Assembly: GCA_020137815.1 (NCBI GenBank)
Contig: CM035354.1
Location: 3,100,001-3,164,000, forward strand
Source of the DNA: Hormiphora californensis
Lineage: Eukaryota; Animalia; Ctenophora
Length of the DNA stretch: 64,000 nucleotides
Direction of reading: 5' to 3'
Position 1 is the first letter of the stretch. Each line of letters opens with the position of its first letter. Below are positions 12,592 through 30,065 of this stretch, piece after piece. The notes under the pieces were generated by a model that was not told where the DNA came from, did not search any database, and saw nothing but the letters and a program-made list of their open reading frames with translations. A program made the position numbers and the translations under genes.

Positions 12592-15500
12592 ATGATGGAT
12601 AGTAAGACGATGGATCAGCTGGATGCCTGGAGGAGAAAGAGGACTCTGTCCAGTGCCCGGGGTATTAGTACCATTAGGAGAAATGAGACAAAGTGGGTTC
12701 AGATCCAACATAGGACATTCGCCAAGTGGGTCTCACAGCACACAGGTGGGTGGAGTGTTTATGGTACGGTACTACATGTGTTATTAGAGCCTAGCTATAT
12801 TATGTACAAGCTAGCTATAGCTGGCAAAAAACCATATATTAGATTTCGATAGGATTTCCTCGTACACGCAATGCGGGTATGAGGGAATCCACATACGTCA
12901 TACGGGTCCTCAGTCCCGTATGTTCAACTTCCAACCCGCCACCCTGCAGGAGAGAACGTAGAAAACCTGACGATAGATTTCACGAGTGGGGTGTTATTTC
13001 TCAAGCTGATGGAGGCCCTGTCTGGACAGAAAGTCCGGAGGTACAACTGTTATCCCCAGTCCATTACCCAGAAATGTGACAATGTACAGTTGGCCCTTCA
13101 GATCTGTGCCACTGAGGAAGTGAGGTGAGATATAATGAGTGAATAAGGGTGTAAGGATGAAAATTTGGTGTGTGAATGTGATAGCACCCTGGTGTATTTC
13201 CAAGGCCTTGGATGTAGTTTTACTAACTAACCACAGGAATGTATTCAAAATGTAGTTAATTTCAGATTGATCAACATCGGCGCCTCGGATATTGCCAATG
13301 GAAACTTGAAACTCATCCTGGGTCTGGTGTGGTCTCTCATTCAACGGTATCACCTCATATCGGTAGGCATGTGGTTTGAGAAGAGTTTTTTTATGAAACT
13401 CCAATTAATTTTAAACTTGAGCTCAAGTTTGAGAATCAAAACGGGTTCTTGATCTCAACTGAGATCAAGACGAAGTAGAATTAACGGGCCCGGGGCCATT
13501 ATGTTAGAACAAGATGAATTAACCCCATTATGTTTCAGTTATACGAGAGTAGTAAAAGATCCAGTAGCATTGGATCTAAGGATGAAAACTTCCGAGCCCA
13601 GTTAATTAAAGGCCTTAATAGGATCTTGGGTAAGGCCACAGGTGTGTTCGTGTGCAACCTGTTCGATTTCTAAATATGGTGTTGTTGGATGACCAAATAT
13701 GGTCATTGTGTGTGAATGTGTGGTCTCAGTTGATTTCTATTGGTTGTCAAGTTCATGGATGAAGTTCTCAGAAATATATATTGATTGTCTTCTTATGAAT
13801 TATAATGAGACAGTTCTCAGAGCTGCACTAATTCCAAAAAGTTCGCAGAGGCATGTTATATTTATAGCCACCCAAAAAGACAAGTTAAATATTAATTGCA
13901 CCCTTCATTTATTGACTTCTCGGAAAGACTAACCCCCCCACATTTCAGATAATGTGAAGTTTAAAGGTTAGTAACCTGAAGAACGATTGGAAAGATGGGA
14001 TGGCTCTAACTGCCTCTTGTAACCTACCTAGCACCTGTCTTTAACGTTGATTTCATGAGTATTGGTGAGTAATGGGGTGATCTTCTTCTTCCTCTTTTCA
14101 AACAATTTCCTATTCTACAGCTACTGTTTTATGAGTTCCCACATTCCCTCTCGTTACTTGTCCATTGTCCAACTCCCAAAATCCTCCCCTTCCCTTTCTA
14201 CCCTTCAAACTACTTTACTTACCCCCCCCCCCTCTCTCTCCAGAGCGTGGCCAGTACAAGGCGGCTACGGGTGCAGCGATGGATGCGGCAGAGGTCCACC
14301 TTAGAATACCAAGACTCATGTCTGCTGAGGATTTTACCAGGTAGGGTATTGGGGATCGCCCGTTCGTAACCCTGCCATTATTAACCACTTAGCAACCCAT
14401 TAGTAACTCATCCCCTAACTCATCCATCATATTCATAGTATAACATGTCATGGGGTAAAGATATTCCTTCTTTTATCAAATCTTGGTATATTTAGATCTG
14501 TTGAGATCATATTCAGTGATGTTGCATAATCTGACACTGAGTAGAAACATTGGAATGGAATGTGGTATCAGATTTTACATTCCCCACCACCACTGATCCA
14601 GTTATCATTCATCAAATCAACGGACAACCGTTCTCAATCTCATATTTCTGATTTCACCATCTCATCTTCAATTCTTCCATCTTCAATTCTTCCAACCCGG
14701 ATACAATTTAGATATGCCCATCTGACTCTTATAATCAGATGATTGACTTCCACCCCCTCCCTCTTTCAGTGACGACATTGACGAATTGAGCATGATAACC
14801 TATCTGTCCTATTTCCTGAATCCCGAGTTGAAGGGAGTCAGGGACCGGTACCTCCGTGATAATCCCCATTATGTTCCCCTTTACCGACCCTACATTGAAA
14901 CCGGGGGATCGGGGGACAACGGGAAGAAGAGCCCAATTAAAAAACTATTTTCATCGTACAAAGAAAAGCTGAAGAAACCATCAAAAGATCAAATTCAGCA
15001 GCAACAGAACCAACAACAATCGAGTACGGTGCCTTTTGGATACAAGGAGCCCTACAGGTTACCCACCCAGATGGAGGAGGAAGAGGAAGCTGTGACGTCA
15101 CAACCCACGGTGACGTCACCATCACAACATGACGTCATTACACGGCAATCCAGTGGTGACGTCAGTATCAAACATCATAAACCGGTGAAAAGGAGATCAA
15201 AAACACCCGAGAAACAGCACCGGAGTAGCTCTCTGACCACATCAATTGGGGAGGTGCCTCCTTTCTCCCCGCCTACCACGCACGGTGGTGAAGACCCCCT
15301 TATGTCACGTGACCACCAGATGACGTCACAGAATGTCTCCATGGAGACGAATCCCAGGACACCTCAGAACGTTTCCTTGGAGACAAATCCCGAGAACCTC
15401 TCAGAGCGATCAGGAGGATGTAGAAGAGGATGTCAGTGAAATGGAGCGGGATTTGATCCTTGAACAAATTCTCAACGCTGCTAGTAGTGATGATGAGGGA

Positions 15501-15623
15501 GAACAGCAACAGAGACGACCACACAGATCACGTGCTAGCACCACTGTGATGAGGAGACCCAGTGGGACCACCGCCACTGGGGTTAAACCTCAGATATCAG
15601 ATAGTGTTCCAGACAGGAGTTGA
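12592..15623 (+). CDS. Filamin/alpha-actinin-type tandem calponin-homology (CH1-CH2) actin-binding domain plus low-complexity linker; exons 12592-12745, 12950-13124, 13266-13362, 13539-13629, 13949-14064, 14244-14340, 14770-onward
   Basis: CH1 motifs KWVQIQHRTFAKWV and LINIGASDIANGNLKLILGLVWSLIQRY; CH2 motifs NDWKDGMAL and HLRIPRLMSAEDFTSDDIDELSMITYLSYF. Needs correction of +1 insertions near 13965, 14015 and 15391. Confidence 0.8.
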
Positions 15624-16963
15624 TGCCATTTTTCCGGGATCATGAGATTATGGCAGAGTACAAGTTGTTGTGTAACAATGTTAGCTCGGGGGTTTATGTG
15701 GCGCCATCACCACGGACATTACAGGTACTACAATCAATCTTTAGTGGAGCGAATGTCTTTATGTTTGATTACTTAATACTTTAGGACCTAAGTTTAGATG
15801 AACCTACATGCTTATTGCTTTTTTATTGTTTCAACCCTAATATCCAATACTCCTGTGCAGGTATGGAATGGAGTTATATTTATCAAGATCGGCCTCTTTG
15901 CAGACGGATGCTTCAAGTTCAACCTCCTTATACCAGATGATTTCCCGTACAGTAGACCCGCTATCAAGTTCCTTACCCCCGTCTTTCATCCGCAAGTAAA
16001 GGAGCAATGGAGAACTAAACCTGGTCAAGGCATTCCCAACTTGGACCCCACGGAAAGACAGGATCTGGTGAGTAGATCATTAATTTCTGGGGGAAATGTT
16101 CAAATGGTAGACTTGTGATGTGGAGTTGTTGTCGTTTTGGTTTTAAAACTCTTATTTGAATCCGATAACGTGCAGTCTCGTGGCTGCTCCCTCTTCCCCA
16201 GTTTTAACATTACACGCTACTGCAGTTGAAAGCAGGTGACTGTTTCTAGGCTCTTGAAAATACAATTTCCGTCTTTCTAGCATGTCTCCCATTCCGACTT
16301 CCCTCTCCGATTCCTCCCCAGTCCTTATCTAACACCCGATCCCTTCTCTCTAACACCATTTCCCTCCATTCGAACACCCTCTAACACCCTCCCACTCCCT
16401 CTCTATTCCATAAACCCCTCTCGAACACCCTCTCTATTCTCTAATACCCTCTCCAGTCTCCATACCAACTTACAGTTACAAAAAAAGAACCCGGGTATAA
16501 CACTCCCCCCACTCCCAGGCACGTATTACGATACACTAAGAGGTGCTTCTTCTCCGTTAATACTTTGGATTCTGTGAACTGTGTCGCAGCTGCTGCTATT
16601 CAGGATTCAATTGACACATTCAAAACACACGCCAGACAATGCGTTCACGAGTCTATAAGGTAAGGGGAAGCTCTAGACAGAGAGAGGAGAGAGTTCGAAT
16701 CAGTCGATGTTACAAGGTTTTTATGTGTACTTGTAGTAGAAGTTCTTTACTTTTTAGTATCCGACTTCTTGATAAACCCATTTTAGCTCCAACATCCCTC
16801 TCTCTCTCCTGACAGGTTAAACTTCGAGGAGCCTCCTGAAGACGGGGGAGGGAACTTGTTTGGATGTAAACTTCTTAACGATACTGAAGTGTCGATATTA
16901 AAGGACAAATTAGTCACGGGGGCCATGGAAAACAGACACGACTACGAATCATTATTCCAGTGA
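15623..16963 (+). CDS. AKTIP: AKT-interacting protein / Fused Toes (catalytically inactive UEV domain); exons ~15623-15724, 15861-16067, 16519-16659, 16816-16963; probably the C-terminal half of the CH-CH gene
   Basis: Reads FFRDHEIMAEYKLL...SGVYVAPS...VWNGVIFIKIGLFADGCFKFNLLIPDDFP...PVFHPQV..GELNLVKAFPTW...IWHVLRYTKRCF, colinear with AKTIP (GVYVQPS, WFGVIFIRHGLY, PVFHPLV, GELDV, IWQVL). No E2 catalytic Cys. One +1 indel near 16001. Confidence 0.85.
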
Positions 16964-17838
16964 ATAGATCTTTTTACTTCTTGCTTTTTGTTCATTTTAT
17001 AGGGTCTAAAAAATGTTTCAAGCCGTTTACCAATCAAATAATGATCTCTCGGCATGGGACGTGACACATCTAAACCATTGTCGGCCCTTCTCTAATTTTC
17101 TACTCTTCTGGAATCCCAGGCCCAATTCGGCACAGTGCAGAGATTTGTCTCCTGAAAGCAGAAAGTTGAAACAGGAAAGTTTTCTACCGACTTGAGTTAT
17201 AGCTTCAGACTGATTTTTGTGTGTATTTGAATTGTATGTAGAGAGAGGCTGTCTAGTTTCTAGGCAGGGTGTGTGTGTGTATGTGTAAAATTTAGTGCGC
17301 TTTTTGTACAGTTTGTAGTGAGGTATATTCTGTTACTTTTTTTTCTCATGTTGATTTTCAGTTATAATTTACTGACCCCCTTTTCGAAATATCCGTGTAT
17401 TTTCTCTGCTGGCAACGGGCCAGGTGTGTCTCGTGACGTGTGGAGCGCTTTTCAGCGCAGAATCACTGCACTACAGTCGGTGCGCGCGGTTACTGATTTT
17501 ACAGGTTATCGCGTGCTGCCAAAATGAATCTTTGCGCTACTTTTCACGTCAAGATTGTGTTTGGCGGCCGCGCCTGCTCACATTTCTAGAACTGGCACTA
17601 CCGGCCTTGGAATGAACAACTTTCACACACCGGACCCCTGAAGCATTTGGTCCCCTGTGTTTTAACTTCCCTTTTCCACAGCAGGGAGGAAAGAAATAAC
17701 ACGCAGCATGTAACAAGGTGGATCAAAAGCGAGAACTCATCAACAATTTGAGTATGAATAACTTAGAAACCATGATAACATCACTACACACAAAACATCT
17801 AATATTACTCTCAGGGTTTTATTGTGTGTGTGCTTTGT

Positions 17839-24005
<6,167 letters not shown>

Positions 24006-24206
24006 GTTGTTACGGTAACACACTGGTACCAGTAACCCTAAATTATAGAGTGTTTAGGTGGTGGATAGGTGGTTAGGTGGTCAGGGAGTAATTTGGAGTA
24101 CACAAAACGAAAACCAAGGACTGTTATGTACTACCAAAATAAAGGAATTAAAACATGTAAAATATATATTTTTAAAAAAGAAATTAAAATTATCCTCTCT
24201 GATCGT

Positions 24207-25073
24207 TCAGTCCTTTTGTGCGGACAGCCTCTGATAGACATGGTTTGCCAGTTCCAAGCACTGTTCATCTGGACACCGAGTCAGGACCACACCAACTCCT
24301 TTCACAATTTCCTCCTCAAACACACCCTCCCACAATCCCTCACAATCCATGGTGTTTCTTAGCAGGGTTAGAACCCGCAACAGAATGGCCGGACTCTCAC
24401 AGCTGTGTAGGAGGTGGATAGATGACATGAATACCAAGGATGTATCAAATAGGATCTCTGCTACGGTCATGTTGATGAGTATTTTCAGTGTAGACAACAC
24501 AACGTCCGATCGTTCGGTTGCTTCATGAGTAAACCGAGAAAGAATCTGGGGGATGGTGCGGAAGTGGTAGGAGAACGCCTTGGCGTCTTCCATAGAGGAG
24601 AGGTTGATATAAAGTGAGAGGATAAGAGGTAAATAGTCAGATTCCCTGTTACACAAATCACTGTCAACTTCGGAGAGAATGGGTTCCAAATACCGGTACA
24701 CAAGTGCTGGATTGGTCGAGATGGATATGAATATTTTGTAGCACATTACCCGTATTACCGTATTCGAGGACTCTGAAAACACTGCACAAATGTTAGTGAA
24801 ACAACCAGACCTATCCATCAACCGCTGCTTCTCCAGGAAAGCAGACTGCTCCAATAGATAACGGAGAACGGTCGTTATTTGAGGATTTGAAAAGCGGACA
24901 GCCGACGCCAGTACAGTAAAATCTACAGCACTTTTAGTGGGTTCCTTTTTTTCAGGTGGCTGTTTTTCGAGAGGTCCCTCCTCTTCCTTCCGTTGGAGAT
25001 AGCGCCATCCAAAGTAGATAGAGGCAGTTGCGGCGAGGCCAACTGCTGCGAACGATAGCTTTTTATCAATCAT
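24207..25073 (-). CDS. Single-exon protein with N-terminal TM anchor and armadillo-like helical repeats (ARMC10/ALEX-like), 288 aa
   Basis: Hydrophobic N-terminal helix followed by basic residues (FAAVGLAATASIYFGWRYLQRK); ARM-like LxxLxNLS/LxNM motifs (LSLYINLSS, LKILINMT, ILLRVLTLLRN). Confidence 0.65.
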   Translation of the reverse strand: MIDKKLSFAAVGLAATASIYFGWRYLQRKEEEGPLEKQPPEKKEPTKSAVDFTVLASAVRFSNPQITTVLRYLLEQSAFLEKQRLMDRSGCFTNICAVFSESSNTVIRVMCYKIFISISTNPALVYRYLEPILSEVDSDLCNRESDYLPLILSLYINLSSMEDAKAFSYHFRTIPQILSRFTHEATERSDVVLSTLKILINMTVAEILFDTSLVFMSSIHLLHSCESPAILLRVLTLLRNTMDCEGLWEGVFEEEIVKGVGVVLTRCPDEQCLELANHVYQRLSAQKD

Positions 25074-25506
25074 GTGCTTACATTCTATTCACTTGTCCTG
25101 ATATGAGGTCATTGCTAAACGAAATCGTTATGTTAGCATAAATAATCCCGGAAGAAACACTAAAACAGCTCATTTTTATGGAAATTCGATGTTGGTAAAA
25201 AATCAGGGACGGAGCTGGCTGTTGGGCCGGAAAGCCCAGTATGTCCCTGTGCGTCCACAGGTCATTTTCTCATTTTTTGCCAGTTTTTCTATTTTCTTCT
25301 TTTCTGTCTCCCAAAAAGTGGGTCCTGGACCCAGGTTTTCTTCGTGCCTTACGCTCAGGAGGTTGGCAAACGCTGCAGCGCGGGATAATTCTACTCAGGA
25401 GGTGAACCGTGAAAGCACATCCGACGTCGGTTTTTTGAAAAACGCTCAGTGCAGCGTAAAAAACGTGGGTCGATTTTTAAACCTTGTTTGAAAACAATAA
25501 ATGAGG

Positions 25507-26160
25507 TATAAACTCTGGCCACTGGCGCGTTATTTCAGATAACTTTCTCCCAGCGCGCCGCTGGGAGAAGTTAGCTGAAGTTTATCCGCCGCTGGCGGAT
25601 AAACTGGTTTAAATCACGACGACGATCCCGAGGCGGAGCCGAGGGAGAGGCGGAGGGGTTTAAACCTATAACGTGCCAGTGGTCAGAGTTTATAGGTTAT
25701 ATACCCTGCTTTAGTTGTTTATTTCAAGTATTACACACCAACAAGAGAGAGAACACTAATCAAAACACTCAAAGAGGACTGAGAAATAGTTAAAACACCT
25801 CACAATTGAGTGTACACTGTTTGGTAACAGTTACTAAGCAGTTGCTAAGGAAAGAGAGTGAAAGAAATAGCCTGATAAGGGGCATGTCACACATAACACA
25901 GAGGAAGAGATAGTGAGACAAAAGGGGAGATAAAGAGAGAGTAATTGACGGAATGTGTCCTTTCTTTCTCTCCAATGTAGTGTGTAAGTGTTGCACATAG
26001 TGTTCCCTCTGTATTTTAGTAAGAACTGATCATTTACACACACTTTGAATGTTCAAAATAAATAACCTGCCAGTGGGAAATAATCTGCCGCTGGACTGGC
26101 TGTTTATTGAGAGCACGCTAGTGGGACTGGCGGGTTATTTAAGTTAGCAGGGTATATAAT
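25507..26160. mobile_element. Multi-hairpin non-coding element, possibly a non-autonomous Crypton-like DNA element
   Basis: Nested inverted repeats: tataaactctggccactggc/gccagtggtcagagtttata, ttctcccagcg/cgctgggagaa, agtttatccgcc/ggcggataaact, ttatataccctgct/agcagggtatataa. Also contains ccgaggcggagccgagg. Confidence 0.45.
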
Positions 26161-26212
26161 ATTATAATAAATTACCCACACACCGTCATACTCTCATACT
26201 CCCTCTCTCTGC

Positions 26213-27379
26213 TCACTTGTCTCGAAAGTCTACATCTTCCACACTGACTGGGACAACCCTTCTCTTGGTTCCCCGAAGCGCAACAAGAGTTGATCTTAAC
26301 AAACTGAATCGTGTCTTTTCTCGGATGAAGGACATGGTTTCAGCGTAACTCTCCTTGTGCCTGTCACAGATCTTCCTGGCCGCTCGCTCCAAAACCTTCC
26401 CTACTTCTCCGGCAAAACCTCCCGACGTGGAGAATACGAGGGGCGTGAAGGAACCCTGCTCCACTTCTTGCACCCTTCGCATATAGGCAAGTTTCTTCTG
26501 ATTTTGGTGCTGTTTATACAGGTTCGTGATGGGCATCTTCAGGTAGGATGGGGCATTAGGATGGAAAACCCGTACATCCATGAAACTGGTCTGCATGTCA
26601 GACCATAAGCCACGACAGACTATGTCCATTCGTGCTTCAGCTTTGATATTTGCACTGATTGGCAGGTTGAATCCGTCACAGGGCAACATTGGCTGTTCAG
26701 TGTTAACGGGTTTAAATCCCGCATACCGAAGGATATCGGCTAAGGTATCCCGAAGGTGGTCATGTCTCCACATATCAAAGCCTCCAACCTTGCAGATCAA
26801 GGCGTGGTCACTGGTGTTTTGTGCCCCACAGCCGCATTTCCCTATCAGGTCCGGGAAGTGGAAGCCGTATCTGAGCCGAATGGCATCGACAAACTCAACC
26901 TGGTTGAGCTCATGGCCCAGTTTCTGCAGCGGTCGAGCAGTTAGCCAACTAGAAGCACCGGGTTCGGAGCACAGCTCCATCGCACGCTGTGTCTTCATAT
27001 CAAGTACTGCAAAGATATCTGCACGTTCCGTTGCATGCCTCTCATCAGTGGCGTCGGCACACTTCTTCTTCAACTTTCCGCTTTTCATCTCGGCATCCAT
27101 GATGTTATTTGGACAGTCCTCTTCCGCCAGGATAAGAGACACTAGTGGTCCGGTAGCAAAACGGGAATTATTGTATTCTTGATTAGCCGTTTGTACCGGA
27201 TTTTCCAATGGCATACCTCCCATCTTGACGGGGAGTGCTAGGATCCTCCTCTCAATGTCCGAGATATGCTTTCCCACAAATAGGGGTATCAGCTTGTGCC
27301 TCAGGATGTCTTCCATAAACAAGTGCCCTATATCAGGTAGTGTTCGCTGCAGGTACGACCACTTCATTTTTAAACCCAA
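26213..27379 (-). mobile_element. 5'-truncated CRE-like non-LTR retrotransposon (post-RT region, CCHC finger, restriction-like endonuclease)
   Basis: GASSWL, CGCG...HALIC..GG, RHD, ARMDI, FMDVRVFHPNAPS, KKLAY..RV..VEQGSFTPLVFSTSGG: a PD-(D/E)xK RLE domain typical of CRE-clade elements. Confidence 0.85.
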
Positions 27380-28025
27380 GCGCGGCTTAAAAAACGCGCG
27401 CCGGGGACTTGCAGCGCGTCCACGAGAAACAAAAGTTTTAAAAAGTCCGAGTACTTTTTTTACTTTTTTTACTTTTTTTTAATTATCAATTTTTTAATGT
27501 GTAGGCGTTTGATTAAGTTATTTTTCTGCACAACCCACACAGGGACCATATGATGACTTGATTCACACCTCACCGTGTCTAGTGGCTGCTCTGCACCGTT
27601 TCACCCCTGAGGTCCCTAGTGGGTTGTGGAAAGAAAAAAAGTACTTTTTTTGGCCAACCTTGAAATCCGGGTGTTTGGAGTCTCACTTCTCAGCACTCAC
27701 AGTTTTTAGGGTTTGGGGTAAAGTTGGAAAACGTTAAAATCTGGGTGCCTTTCATTGCTAACAAATCGTAGTTTTGGCGCGTGCGACGGGTTAGGGCTAT
27801 CCGTTAGGGTCTGGTTAGGGTTTGGTTTGGGGTTATCGGTTAGGGCTATCGATTCTCTAACTGATACCGTTTAGTTTACTCAAATCGGCCATGTGGTTCC
27901 ATGGCTATAGCCGTTTGAAAAAAGTCGGTCTAAGTATACTCTTTTGGTAGCGCGCACCTGTAAACAGGCTGCAAGGCACCCAGATTATAATCGCGCCCGG
28001 TAAAGTTGGGTTGGGGTTAGGGCTT
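27378..28025. repeat. Non-coding repeat with degenerate TTAGGG/GGGTT motifs and GCGCGC palindromes (possibly a Helitron/Helentron-type non-autonomous element)
   Basis: gggttagggc, ccgttaggg, ggttagggtttgg and ggggttagggc between 27788 and 28023; boundaries approximate. Confidence 0.35.
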
Positions 28026-28123
28026 GACATTTGACAAGTCCACTACGTAATGTGAAATTAAAACTATTCGTAGTTGACCATTCGAATTATTTTGAAGATA
28101 GACACGTTTTCCTTTTCAAGGGT

Positions 28124-29653
28124 ATGCTTATACTGTACAACCTTCTTGGTCTGCTACTACTTGCGTACGTCTCCTTCAACGTCTACATATGGAACACTCG
28201 CCGGAAAGTCAAGCACTTCCCTTCAGTTCCATGCGAAAAGGGTCTTCTTTGGTTCAGGGGATGTATTTTTGAGATAATCAGGAGGAAAAGGATTTTCAAA
28301 GAAGCGGGAAATGCTGTTCCTCTCGACTTTTTGATAATTATGATCGATATTTCAAAAGAAAATCAATGGGATGCTTTTGTAGCTCCTCTGTTTTTCAGAA
28401 ACCTCCTTTTTGTCCAAGATTTGGGATCCGTTGGTCAGGTTTTGCCCGACCGGCATAATTTTAACAAAACTCCAGCAGTGAACCGACTATTTTCGAAAAT
28501 CGGGAATGCTCGAATTTTCGGGCAGTATGGTCTTCTCAACGATCCCGGAACCGCACTTTGGGCCGCCAAGCGACGAGCGATGGACCCAGCTTTTCACCGA
28601 AACTTTCTGAGGACCATAATGCTGCAAATGAACCAGGTGACGGAGAATCTCATACGGAATCTTGAAGCAGTGAGCGCTAGTGGAGAAATATTTGATATCA
28701 CTAACAACTACAACCGTACCGCTTTGGAGGCGATTTCCGTTTGTGGTTTTGATTGGACTATGGATATGATCGAAAAACACGGAGACGAAATTATTGCAAC
28801 ATCTGATTATCTTTTCGGAATACTGCAACTGGCTTTTGAGGAACAGAGAAGCATTGGATTCCCATGGTGTCGACGCAAAGAAAAGGCTGAGCTAAGCAGG
28901 AGGCTGAACCCTATGCGGAAGTTGATTCGAGATCACCTCCAGACGCGAATTGATGAGATGAACAGCGGAAGTGTTCAAGAACCAAACATTCTTTCTTACA
29001 TCATCAGGGCAAACCAAGTTTCTGATGAGCTAACGATTGAAAACATAGTTGATGAGTACGTGACTTTCCTAGTGGCCGGAATGGAGACAACTTCGATTAC
29101 ACTTGCAATGGCCACCTTCTACATGTCTGTTTATCCTGAGGTGTTGGATAGGGCAAAAGAAGAAGTTGAGAGAGTGCTTGGAGACCGGGAAACAATAGCA
29201 TTCGATGATCTTACTGAGCTGAGGTATATCGAGCAAATCGTAAAGGAGACTCTTAGGTTGAAGCCTCCTGCTCGAAGCACTGGAAGAGTTGTAATGACGA
29301 ATAACGTATCCTTCAACGGTCAACACGTCCCAAAGGACACTCTGCTTATGATACCAACTATGGCAATTCAAGTTGATCCAAGGTACTGGGAGGATCCACT
29401 AACATTCAAACCTGATCGATTTGACCCGTCTGTGAAGCGCCAAAACTACACCTTTATGCCCTTTATGCTGGGACCCCGAAACTGCGTTGGGAAGAACTTT
29501 GCCATGTTGGAAATGAAAGTTGTGCTGGCCAAGGTGATCCAGAAGTTTGATTTGGTCAACCCTAACCCGGAAGTAAAAGATCTTGTGATGCTTGGAAAGA
29601 TTACTGCCCGGCCGAATGATGGAGTGAAACTAAGGCTAAAGAAGTGGGACTAA
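28124..29653 (+). CDS. Cytochrome P450, CYP46 (cholesterol 24-hydroxylase)-like, intronless, ~509 aa from ATG 28124
   Basis: N-terminal TM anchor; C-helix WAAKRR; I-helix AGMETTS; KETLR (ExxR); DPLTFKPDRF; heme motif FMLGPRNCVG. The RIFGQYGLL and DPLTF.PDRF segments resemble CYP46A1. Confidence 0.9.
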   Translation: MLILYNLLGLLLLAYVSFNVYIWNTRRKVKHFPSVPCEKGLLWFRGCIFEIIRRKRIFKEAGNAVPLDFLIIMIDISKENQWDAFVAPLFFRNLLFVQDLGSVGQVLPDRHNFNKTPAVNRLFSKIGNARIFGQYGLLNDPGTALWAAKRRAMDPAFHRNFLRTIMLQMNQVTENLIRNLEAVSASGEIFDITNNYNRTALEAISVCGFDWTMDMIEKHGDEIIATSDYLFGILQLAFEEQRSIGFPWCRRKEKAELSRRLNPMRKLIRDHLQTRIDEMNSGSVQEPNILSYIIRANQVSDELTIENIVDEYVTFLVAGMETTSITLAMATFYMSVYPEVLDRAKEEVERVLGDRETIAFDDLTELRYIEQIVKETLRLKPPARSTGRVVMTNNVSFNGQHVPKDTLLMIPTMAIQVDPRYWEDPLTFKPDRFDPSVKRQNYTFMPFMLGPRNCVGKNFAMLEMKVVLAKVIQKFDLVNPNPEVKDLVMLGKITARPNDGVKLRLKKWD

Positions 29654-30065
29654 AAACAGTTAGACGATTACGGATTAGCCATCTCAAAAACATTTCTAAC
29701 ATTTTTTTTCAGACATTTTTTTGACCTTGATTCTTGAACAATAATGACAGTAGGGACAGTTGTACTCTGTCATATTGACCGCCTGCACAAAGCGTGGCCC
29801 AAAGCGTTGTCTACGACAGTCGACATCAAAGACGCAGTTCGCTGACATTGAATGCTTTTTATTGCACGTTTTGGACGTCGAGGACAACGCTTTAGACGGC
29901 GCTGTGCGGCCGGCCAATATGACGGAGCACCTCTGTACATTTTAGTACACATTTAGTACACATTTGGTGCATGTATAAATTTCGAATTGATTCATTCAGC
30001 ACTTTGTATCAATTATAATTCCATTTCTAATTCCCATCCCTCAACCCTCCTAGTTTGGTGGTAGT

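Noticed and set aside
27780-28025. Telomere or interstitial telomeric array
   Set aside because: TTAGGG motifs are scattered and degenerate, not a tandem array.
28031-28123. N-terminal extension of the P450 given by the ORF track
   Set aside because: It starts at a non-ATG codon; ATG 28124 directly precedes the membrane anchor and follows a splice acceptor.
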